This document shows positions 1 to 6,370 of a stretch of 40,068 nucleotides of DNA, one piece after another. The stretch covers positions 1 to 40,068 of IMG/VR virus record IMGVR_UViG_3300021197_001693. The stretch is one strand, 5' to 3'. The DNA comes from a virus. Its lineage: Duplodnaviria; Caudoviricetes. The notes under the pieces were generated by a model that was not told the origin of the DNA, made no database searches, and saw only the letters and a program-made list of their open reading frames with translations. The position numbers and the translations under genes are program-made. The number at the start of each line of letters is the position of its first letter. Within the stretch, counting starts at the first letter, position 1.

Positions 1-79
1 CTTGTACTTGTTGAGATTTACGCCCCATTGTAGCGGCTCTTTCTCTGTTTTGTTTAGCTCGTTTGGTTAGTCTGTACAT
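1..79 (-). CDS. 5' part of a 108-aa hypothetical phage protein that wraps the window ends
   Basis: ATG at 79 preceded by AAGGT. Reads MYRLTKRAKQNRERAATMGRKSQQVQ plus 1 nt, which joins 2 nt at 40068-40067 to make GCT and continues EKRLSND... Confidence 0.8.
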   Translation of the reverse strand, partial: MYRLTKRAKQNRERAATMGRKSQQVQ

Positions 80-100
80 AATTTATACCTTGCACGGTCT

Positions 101-119
101 AGATAACAACGTGTTAGTT
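101..119 (+). other. attI-like simple recombination site at the head of the cassette array
   Basis: AGATAAC-AACGT-GTTAGTT: inverse core, 5-bp spacer, then a GTT core. This is the geometry of an integron simple site, with no attC hairpin. Confidence 0.6.
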
Positions 120-386
120 TGCTTTTAGATTCAATTGGTTTGATGTGTAATAAGCAAAATCATCACAACTATCAACTAAATCAGATACATCATCATCACC
201 CTGTCTTGAGTTATTAGCTGCTAAATTCATACACTTTTCAAAAAGCATTATTCTATCCTCTGCCCTTTTAATGTATATTTCCTGTCTTTCTTTTAACTGT
301 TTTTCTGTCTCCCCACACCCAGAAAGCGAAACTAACAACACGCTCAAAAGGACAATTAACAGTTTGCTATTTTTAATTAAGTTCAT
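114..386 (-). CDS. Cassette 1: predicted lipoprotein
   Basis: Basic N-terminus, hydrophobic stretch LLIVLLSVLLVS and lipobox LSGC. GGAG SD upstream. The stop TAA is the TTA of core site 113-119. Confidence 0.8.
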   Translation of the reverse strand: MNLIKNSKLLIVLLSVLLVSLSGCGETEKQLKERQEIYIKRAEDRIMLFEKCMNLAANNSRQGDDDVSDLVDSCDDFAYYTSNQLNLKAN

Positions 387-448
387 TTTTTTATATCTCC
401 AAGTTATTTATTCGTGGCAGTTAATTGCCGTTTAGCTAAGGGTTATGT
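330..448 (+). repeat. attC site 1 (119 bp)
   Basis: R'' AACTAAC 330-336. Left arm GCT[C]AAAAGG[A]CAATTAAC pairs with GTTAATTGCCGTTTAGC, leaving two extrahelical bases (G and T on the bottom strand). R' GTTATGT 442-448. Confidence 0.88.
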
Positions 449-1180
449 TGCACTAATTCTATCTTGCGCAATCTTAAAGTATTCTTCGTCTAACTCTATA
501 CCGATAAATTTACGGTTTAGGTTTTTACAAGCTACCCCCGTACTGCCGCTACCCATAAATGGGTCAAGAATTGTTGCGCCACCTAAAGAATGGTTAGTTA
601 AAAACCTCTCTAATATTTCAACAGGTTTTATTGTTGGGTGTCCATAAAGCTTTTTATCTTTCTTGTTTATTTGCGAGCTGTAAACCATGCTTTTGCTATG
701 GTAATTACCAAGAATCTTAGATTTATTTCCTTTTATATAAACCCAATACTCGACATCGTTTAAATACTTAAAATTACATAGTGGTGCTGGGTTGGATTTA
801 TGCCAAACGCCAACGCCAACTTGTAATTTATTGCTTTCTGCCCAACAAATATAACTAGATAGTTGCTTCATGCTACAAAAGAACACGCCACAAAACTTTT
901 GCTTGTGATCAAACTTATCTAAACAAGCATCAAGAAAACCAGTTACATCAAAGCCACTTTTACACATTCCCATTTTATCAATGTTTCGTATAAAGTCGCG
1001 GTTATCTCTATCCATCATGCCACCACCAGAATTACTTATTTCATAAGGCGGATCTGTCAATATCATATCAACACTACCATCAGGTATTTCTTTCATTCGC
1101 TCAAGGCAATCACCGTGCATTAACCAAGGTTTTAATTGTTCTTTTTCTAACTCTGCTAGCCTTTCGTTTTCGTAGTGCAT
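443..1180 (-). CDS. Cassette 2: orphan DNA methyltransferase (N6-A/N4-C, beta class)
   Basis: GDCLE...DMILTDPPY catalytic motif precedes HPTIKP and [11 protein letters not shown] (SAM binding). No adjacent restriction enzyme recognised. Confidence 0.93.
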   Translation of the reverse strand: MHYENERLAELEKEQLKPWLMHGDCLERMKEIPDGSVDMILTDPPYEISNSGGGMMDRDNRDFIRNIDKMGMCKSGFDVTGFLDACLDKFDHKQKFCGVFFCSMKQLSSYICWAESNKLQVGVGVWHKSNPAPLCNFKYLNDVEYWVYIKGNKSKILGNYHSKSMVYSSQINKKDKKLYGHPTIKPVEILERFLTNHSLGGATILDPFMGSGSTGVACKNLNRKFIGIELDEEYFKIAQDRISAT

Positions 1181-1207
1181 TTTACTCTCCTGTATTTAAT
1201 TCGTGCA

Positions 1208-1291
1208 ACATAACAAGGTTTTCAGGTCAGACTGCCAACAGTTTACTCGTTCCTCGCTGCCTTTTGTCAGCAGCCTAAAACGAGGTTAGTG
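1208..1291 (+). repeat. attC site 2 (84 bp)
   Basis: R'' ACATAAC 1208-1214. GTTTT[C]AGG...G[A]CTGCCAA pairs with TTGTCAGC...CCTAAAAC. R' GTTAGTG 1285-1291. The arms resemble Vibrio-type repeats (GACTGYCAAC...TTGTCAGC). Confidence 0.88.
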
Positions 1292-1579
1292 TGCCTTTGC
1301 GCCAAAATGTTCTTCAGCACAGGTTTTGCAATACCAAACTTGGCAATATAAACATCTATAAGCATAAATCAGCTTTATTTTTTTATGGCAACCGCACTTA
1401 ACTGTTGTTTTATCTGCTGCCATACCCCATCCCGCCTGTTCTTTTATCATTGCTAATTGAAATGATAAAAACTTAAATTTTTCTTCTCGCTGCTCTTCTG
1501 TTGCATTGCTTTTATAAATAGGCAAACTAACAACAGGCTCAATCGGACTTGCTACAGCTGGTTGTTTTTCATCTTTCAT
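1286..1579 (-). CDS. Cassette 3: small Cys/His-rich putative zinc-binding protein
   Basis: CGC...CLYC...CKTC...H at the C-terminus. AAGGTAG SD. The stop is the TTA of core site 1285-1291. Confidence 0.75.
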   Translation of the reverse strand: MKDEKQPAVASPIEPVVSLPIYKSNATEEQREEKFKFLSFQLAMIKEQAGWGMAADKTTVKCGCHKKIKLIYAYRCLYCQVWYCKTCAEEHFGAKAH

Positions 1580-1655
1580 TGTTTTTTCTACCTTATTTAT
1601 TCGTTGTAATATTTGCGCTCATAATCCGCAAGCGCGGTTAGCCTAAAGGCTATAA
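1525..1655 (+). repeat. attC site 3 (131 bp, R' degenerate GCT)
   Basis: R'' AACTAAC 1525-1531. AGGCT[C]AATCGGACTTGC pairs with GCAAGCGCGGTTAGCCT. The R' position reads GCTATAA (1649-1655). Confidence 0.75.
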
Positions 1656-2135
1656 CAAACCATTAACTTGCTTTAATAATTCAATTTCAGTACCAAATTG
1701 CGCTTCAAATGTTTCTTTACCTGCATGAATTGCCACACCATGACCACCAAGTCTATGATGTATTGAGCATAGACCGATAATTTCAAAATTACTTGACCTT
1801 AAACCCATACCACCAGAATTTATATGATGAACTTCACATGGTAATTGCTCAACCCCCATGTTTCTGCAAACAATACAACCAAGAGCAACAACCTTTTTAA
1901 TGTGCGCCTTTTCATCTGGTGAGTGCTGCTTGTTTTTAGAAAACTTATTTTTAGTTGGCTTATATAGCATAGCTCGTTCAATTTTCTTTAAATGCTGCTT
2001 ACGGGCTTTTTCCAATTGTATAGCTTTATACTCAGGACTTTTAACTTTGGCAAGGTTGCGTTCACGCTGCCTATATTGTGCGGCCTTTGCCTTTTCATAA
2101 GGCGTAAGTTTTGGTGTTTTGTTTTTAGGTATCAT
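1650..2135 (-). CDS. Ref-like recombination-enhancement (RecA-dependent HNH-type) nuclease
   Basis: GCIVC...EVHHI...GMG.R...IGLC..HHR...AIHAG...FGTE.ELL pattern with a basic N-terminal tail. Confidence 0.8.
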   Translation of the reverse strand: MIPKNKTPKLTPYEKAKAAQYRQRERNLAKVKSPEYKAIQLEKARKQHLKKIERAMLYKPTKNKFSKNKQHSPDEKAHIKKVVALGCIVCRNMGVEQLPCEVHHINSGGMGLRSSNFEIIGLCSIHHRLGGHGVAIHAGKETFEAQFGTEIELLKQVNGLL

Positions 2136-2353
2136 TTGTTCACCTTAGATAATTCAGCTGAAAATACCTGGTTAGCTAAACGCATTGCTCTATTATTACG
2201 TTGAACTTCATTAGGCCATTTTAAACCTTCTTCAAATGCTTTACGCGCTAGTGGTACTAACTCCATATAACGTGAAGTACCTAGTTCACGCCTACAACGA
2301 GCATGAAAGGCTTTATCCGCTTTTGTTGCTAATTCGCTATAAGTTACACTCAT
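2132..2353 (-). CDS. Hypothetical protein (73 aa from ATG 2353)
   Basis: Open frame tightly packed between its neighbours, with a 4-nt overlap with the next gene. Confidence 0.65.
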   Translation of the reverse strand: MSVTYSELATKADKAFHARCRRELGTSRYMELVPLARKAFEEGLKWPNEVQRNNRAMRLANQVFSAELSKVNK

Positions 2354-2355
2354 AA

Positions 2356-2460
2356 TTAAACCTTGTTTATAACCCAAGCCAAAATAACAAATGAAGCGGT
2401 GACGTTAAAGCCAACACAACAAAGTACAGTTGAAACTGTGGCAAAAATTAAATCTTTCAT
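2356..2460 (-). CDS. Small membrane peptide (34 aa), not in the ORF track
   Basis: MKDLIFATVSTVLCCVGFNVTASFVILAWVINKV fills the gap between neighbours exactly. Confidence 0.55.
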   Translation of the reverse strand: MKDLIFATVSTVLCCVGFNVTASFVILAWVINKV

Positions 2461-2464
2461 ATTA

Positions 2465-3055
2465 TTAACCTGTGTAACTTAGTAATTGATCAACTGCATT
2501 CTGTGCTTCAGCTTCATCTTTAAATGAACGACTAAGAACAAACCGCCAACATACATTAAATACAGCTTTATAAAGGCTGTTAAATTCAATTTCATCCATT
2601 TTAGCAAATGATATTGAACGCCTAACCTTTTTAATTCCGCTTGGAACTCTTACTTCATCATAGTAACCAGCTTGAACAACCATATCTTCCCAAAACGGAT
2701 CAAAAGCATTTTGAATGTTTTGTATTTGGCTTGTTCTCTTTTTAGCTGTTGCCTTGATGAATTCACGGCCCCAATCCAAAAGAACACCAGAATTATTTGA
2801 TTGATTATCTAATTCAACAAACACTTCTTTTAATATGTTCTTTTCATCATTCGTTAACACACCAGAACTAGGTTCATAGTAATCAAACGCAAGGTTTAAC
2901 AAGTTAAAGAACCTTTTGTGAAAGTTTGGGTTTCTTACCTGCTTACAATCAACAGAGATAACACCGCCTAACTTCCACTTATCATAAACTTCTTTGTCTG
3001 CTTCAGTATGTGGAAGTAAACCAGCTTTCGTTTTGATAAACATTAACTTTGCCAT
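2465..3055 (-). CDS. DUF1367-family phage protein
   Basis: RNPNFHKRFFNLLNLAFDYYEP, AGYYD and SISFAKMDEIEFNSLYKAV motifs. ATG 3055 with AAGGT SD. Confidence 0.8.
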   Translation of the reverse strand: MAKLMFIKTKAGLLPHTEADKEVYDKWKLGGVISVDCKQVRNPNFHKRFFNLLNLAFDYYEPSSGVLTNDEKNILKEVFVELDNQSNNSGVLLDWGREFIKATAKKRTSQIQNIQNAFDPFWEDMVVQAGYYDEVRVPSGIKKVRRSISFAKMDEIEFNSLYKAVFNVCWRFVLSRSFKDEAEAQNAVDQLLSYTG

Positions 3056-3103
3056 TGCTAAACCTTTGTGTCGTTGAATTACAAACACTATAGCACAACC
3101 AAT

Positions 3104-3133
3104 TAAAGAATTAAAGAAATCTTTATTTCTTTA
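3104..3133. repeat. TCTTTA 8-bp-period repeat, inverted arrangement (site A)
   Basis: TAAAGAATTAAAGA-AA-TCTTTATTTCTTTA. Same unit as sites B-D. Confidence 0.7.
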
Positions 3134-3364
3134 TGTGAATTTGCATGATGTTGAGCGAATACCACTTATAAAATCACTAGCTGTTGAAATCATTTCATCT
3201 TGTGAAGGAATGGTTTTGACAACGTTCTGGTATGGCCTTTCAACACCAAGTAAACCAACTAAGCTTTCATCAGCTTCACGCTCTAACTTAGCAAAGCGAT
3301 CATGTAATTCTGAATCACTTATAACTTCAACTGGAAAATCTAACTTATCTTGTACTTGTTGCAT
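3131..3364 (-). CDS. Hypothetical protein
   Basis: 77-aa ORF co-oriented and packed in the operon. Confidence 0.6.
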   Translation of the reverse strand: MQQVQDKLDFPVEVISDSELHDRFAKLEREADESLVGLLGVERPYQNVVKTIPSQDEMISTASDFISGIRSTSCKFT

Positions 3365-3372
3365 ACAAACCC

Positions 3373-3780
3373 CTAATAAATGTTTAATGTGTTTTGTAGT
3401 AATGGATCAAATGTTTGTTGAACTAATTCATCTTCACCACGATGCGAGTAAATTAATTGAATAGCTTCTTTGCACTTTTGAATAACCTGTAAATGTGCAT
3501 CATCATTTGATTGCATTTGTGCTTCTAATTCATAAAGCTTTTGTTCGCGTGATTTTAATTGGCGAATATGTTTACTGAATTGTTCAGCAATTTCTTCACA
3601 AACTTCAAAATTCTGACCATTAATACCAATCATGAACGCTGTTTTGTCTGCACCAGGTTTAGCCATATCAGCACCTAAAACCTTTCTATCTAACATACAA
3701 TCAGGATTGTGTTCGTCGTGACCATGACAAAAGGTACAATAACCATCAACAACCCTGTAAAACTTTTCTTGCTCGGACAT
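3373..3780 (-). CDS. Hypothetical protein with an N-terminal CxxC..H..H..C motif and a coiled coil
   Basis: YCTFCHGHDEHNPDC. AAGGG SD. Confidence 0.7.
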   Translation of the reverse strand: MSEQEKFYRVVDGYCTFCHGHDEHNPDCMLDRKVLGADMAKPGADKTAFMIGINGQNFEVCEEIAEQFSKHIRQLKSREQKLYELEAQMQSNDDAHLQVIQKCKEAIQLIYSHRGEDELVQQTFDPLLQNTLNIY

Positions 3781-3811
3781 TATAAACCCTTATTGCGTTA
3801 TGGTTAGTTTA

Positions 3812-3952
3812 CTAACCGAATGGTGTGAAAGGTTGACTTTCTTCACTATCCAACCAATCTTGTTCACGGCAATTATGACAAACATCACTTACACCTGTTG
3901 AATCTTCACCACATCTTGGACAAGTACCAACATCATCAAAATCTTCACACAT
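3812..3952 (-). CDS. Small zinc-ribbon protein (46 aa), not in the ORF track
   Basis: MCEDFDDVGTCPRCGEDSTGVSDVCHNCREQDWLDSEESQPFTPFG with two CxxC pairs. Starts 1 nt after the upstream stop. Confidence 0.65.
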   Translation of the reverse strand: MCEDFDDVGTCPRCGEDSTGVSDVCHNCREQDWLDSEESQPFTPFG

Positions 3953-3953
3953 G

Positions 3954-4169
3954 TTAACCATTCTTTATTTTGTTAGCGCATGAAGGGCAGAACCGCGCAC
4001 TTCCTGTAAATGGTAAGCAAGTTGTTATTGCTAACTGCTTGCAACAAGAACATGGATTTAATTCAAGATTGCGTTCTTCTTTAAATTTAAAGTGAAACCC
4101 AATGTAAAGAGACAGTAAGCCAACAAACAATAAAAACAGTAAAAAACCTATCGCTATATTTTCAATCAT
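3954..4169 (-). CDS. Small membrane-anchored protein with CxxC pairs
   Basis: N-terminal TM helix, CSCC and CPSC. AAGGTGG SD. Confidence 0.65.
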   Translation of the reverse strand: MIENIAIGFLLFLLFVGLLSLYIGFHFKFKEERNLELNPCSCCKQLAITTCLPFTGSARFCPSCANKIKNG

Positions 4170-4235
4170 GATTCCACCTTTGAACTATTCGGAATACTAA
4201 ACTGTTGTATATAGTGCAACAGTTCAATTAATTAA

Positions 4236-4673
4236 TTAATCAAATAAATAGTGTTCATTAACTAAATCTTTAGTATCAGGAACGTAAACCTGACTGTGAA
4301 CTTTCTTTAAATTATCAAACCCATTTTCTTTATTGAATTCCATGAAAGCTTTCAAAAACTCAATATCTCGTTGTAAGTGGCCCAACTGCTTTCTTTTAAG
4401 GAAAACTAATTGATCATAAGCTTTTTGTTCAGTATCAAAAGCAAAGCGGCTATTTATTTTAGCTATACGCTTTAATTTAACACCACGCCTTTTAAGTGAC
4501 TGATACATTGTTTCACCATCTTGAATTGAAACATTTGCATATCCACACTGCCATTCAGCAATACAAAAGTGAAAGCATTCAGTTTCATGAACAGAATGAT
4601 ATTTATCTGTCCATATTGATAAACCACCTTCAGTTGGTGTTAACTTCATGTGATAGAAAACTTTAGCTGACAT
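4236..4673 (-). CDS. Hypothetical protein
   Basis: 145-aa ORF overlapping the upstream stop. Confidence 0.7.
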   Translation of the reverse strand: MSAKVFYHMKLTPTEGGLSIWTDKYHSVHETECFHFCIAEWQCGYANVSIQDGETMYQSLKRRGVKLKRIAKINSRFAFDTEQKAYDQLVFLKRKQLGHLQRDIEFLKAFMEFNKENGFDNLKKVHSQVYVPDTKDLVNEHYLFD

Positions 4674-5160
4674 TTTGAACCACCTTTACCGCTTGGCCTC
4701 TGTCACCAATCTGTAAACTTAATAACGCAACACTATTATCACCATAGTTCACGCCCCATTGACGATGAATTGTTTCTTCACCTGGTCTATATTCAATAAT
4801 TCCTGATTCACCATCAGGATGCTTGATAATATCACCATCAAATAATTCATTACCTGCATAATCAGGCCAAGGGCATTTTTGCTTGTGATCAAATAATTCA
4901 GGGTTAGAAGTGTATTCAAAGATATAACCACCAGTTTTATCATTTATTTCTTCACGCACTAAATATCCTTTACGGAAAAGATTGTTTAATTGTTGTGAAG
5001 CATTCTGAACACAAATGAAATACTGATCTGCTATATCGCGGCTGGTTGCTTTTTTGCCATCCAAATACTGAATCAATTCAAATTGGCGCTTACTTATTGA
5101 TAATTCTCTTAACTCTTTATAGTGGTTAAAAGCAATCTTCATTAGTTCTAACTTGGACAT
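4663..5160 (-). CDS. Winged-helix DNA-binding protein with an additional C-terminal domain
   Basis: ATSRDIADQYFICVQNASQQLNNLFRKGYLVREE is wHTH-like, followed by a distinct PWPDYAGN...IGDRGQAV domain. Confidence 0.65.
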   Translation of the reverse strand: MSKLELMKIAFNHYKELRELSISKRQFELIQYLDGKKATSRDIADQYFICVQNASQQLNNLFRKGYLVREEINDKTGGYIFEYTSNPELFDHKQKCPWPDYAGNELFDGDIIKHPDGESGIIEYRPGEETIHRQWGVNYGDNSVALLSLQIGDRGQAVKVVQNVS

Positions 5161-5231
5161 TATCACTACCTTTTTTAGTTCTATTTGTGGAAAATTCGCA
5201 CTTTGCGTTTTTTTCAGTTTTTGTTAAAAAT

Positions 5232-5749
5232 TCCGATTTGTAAACCTTTTCCGAAGTGTGGAATTATTTGTCACTTTTTAGTTTTTTAATTTCAGACCGT
5301 ATCATTTTGATGTAAGCCTTACGTTTAGGGGTTGGTAGGTAATTGAACAGCTTAATTGCGCGCTCTACTCTACCGCTTAAAACTCTAGTTTCATTCACCA
5401 GGTTATAGGCTTGTGTTTTCTTTAACCCTAAAATATACCCAGCCTCTTGAGTTGTAAGATTATTTTCATCAATCCACTTGTTGTAATCTTCATTCGTCAT
5501 TTTAACCAAATCCTCTTGAAAAAAGGTTTTTACTGCCTATTTGCACTAATACTAGTCCTCATTTCGGAAAACTGCAAGTGTTTTCTACAATTCGGACGAA
5601 TACAAAATAAAATGTTAGTGTTCACAAACCGAAGCCTCGTTTACAAATTGGGTTTTAGCCTAAACCCCCAACACCCTTGTAGCATAGGTTTTAACTGGAA
5701 ATTTGATCTTTATTCACATTTGCCAAAATTAACGAATTTACAAATCGGA
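5232..5749. promoter_or_regulatory. Cluster of 13-bp operator-like repeats (TYYACAMWYCGRA) around the HTH gene, and promoter TTGCAG-N17-TAGTAT (5577-5549, minus strand)
   Basis: Copies at 5232-5244(-), 5250-5262(-), 5556-5568(+, weak), 5584-5596(+), 5621-5633(+), 5640-5652(+) and 5737-5749(+). Confidence 0.65.
5264..5500 (-). CDS. Small Cro/XRE-like HTH regulator
   Basis: NNLTTQEAGYILGLKKTQAYNLVN HTH. GAGG SD before ATG 5500. No S24 peptidase domain. Confidence 0.75.
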   Translation of the reverse strand: MTNEDYNKWIDENNLTTQEAGYILGLKKTQAYNLVNETRVLSGRVERAIKLFNYLPTPKRKAYIKMIRSEIKKLKSDK

Positions 5750-5904
5750 CTATTTCGGGTTTTTTGCTATATCACCATACTCCTATTAGATAACTGTTGA
5801 GTTTTAACTAAACCCTATATTATATCTATGCTACAATAATGCTTTACATTATACACGATCTAGCAACTGTATAGGTCTAAATTCTACAAACTAAATAAGG
5901 TTAC

Positions 5905-6348
5905 ATGATGATCAAAGTAAATCAAACCGTTATAGATAAAGGTATAGGAAACTGTATGCAAGCTGTTTTAGCAAGCTTGTTTGAAGTTGAATTAAGTGAA
6001 GCAATTAACGTTATGGAATTGCCTGAAGATAGTTGGCATATACCGTTCATTGAATGGATTGAAAGCGTTGAATATGAATATTCTGGTGTTATTAATGCTC
6101 ACCCTGATACCAGGGAAACATTTAAGGCTTTAAATAGTGTTCATGCTATTGATGGTTACTTTTATGGTGTCGTACCAAGCAAAACATTTGAAGGTGTTAG
6201 TCACGCGGTAATAATTGATAGGGAAGGAAAGGTTGTTCATGATCCCAACCCTAATAAAAAATGGGAAGGGATCAATGTTGTTGTTACTGGTGACTTAGTT
6301 TATTGGTATTTATTTGAACCTAAGAATGGTTTTGTTTACCCTAACTAA
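5905..6348 (+). CDS. Hypothetical protein, papain/C39-like fold candidate
   Basis: Q..GNCMQA, HAVI and HDPNP give a Cys-His-Asp order. TAAGG SD. Confidence 0.6.
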   Translation: MMIKVNQTVIDKGIGNCMQAVLASLFEVELSEAINVMELPEDSWHIPFIEWIESVEYEYSGVINAHPDTRETFKALNSVHAIDGYFYGVVPSKTFEGVSHAVIIDREGKVVHDPNPNKKWEGINVVVTGDLVYWYLFEPKNGFVYPN

Positions 6349-6370
6349 TCTTTATTTCTTTAAATCTTTA
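6349..6370. repeat. TCTTTA 8-bp-period repeat (site B)
   Basis: TCTTTATTTCTTTAAATCTTTA, identical to 7556-7577 and 26209-26230. Confidence 0.75.

Larger units (their letters stand above)
113..1655 (+). mobile_element. Integron-like array of three gene cassettes (114-442, 443-1285, 1286-1649) without intI
   Basis: Three attC-type imperfect palindromes. Each cassette's first bases are complementary to its own R'' box (8/8, 16/17 and 11/12 nt). One ORF per cassette. Confidence 0.85.

Noticed and set aside
330-1655. The hairpins as Rho-independent terminators or a CRISPR array
   Set aside because: No U-tracts and no identical repeats with regular spacers. The box structure and extrahelical bases fit attC.
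3802-3817. GGTTAGT-TT-ACTAACC as another integron core pair
   Set aside because: The order is GTT before AAC with no L boxes or arms. It is an isolated short palindrome.
4198-4226. LexA box in AACTGTTG...CAACAGTT
   Set aside because: The spacing between CTGT and ACAG is 13 nt rather than 8. It is a simple inverted repeat of unknown role.
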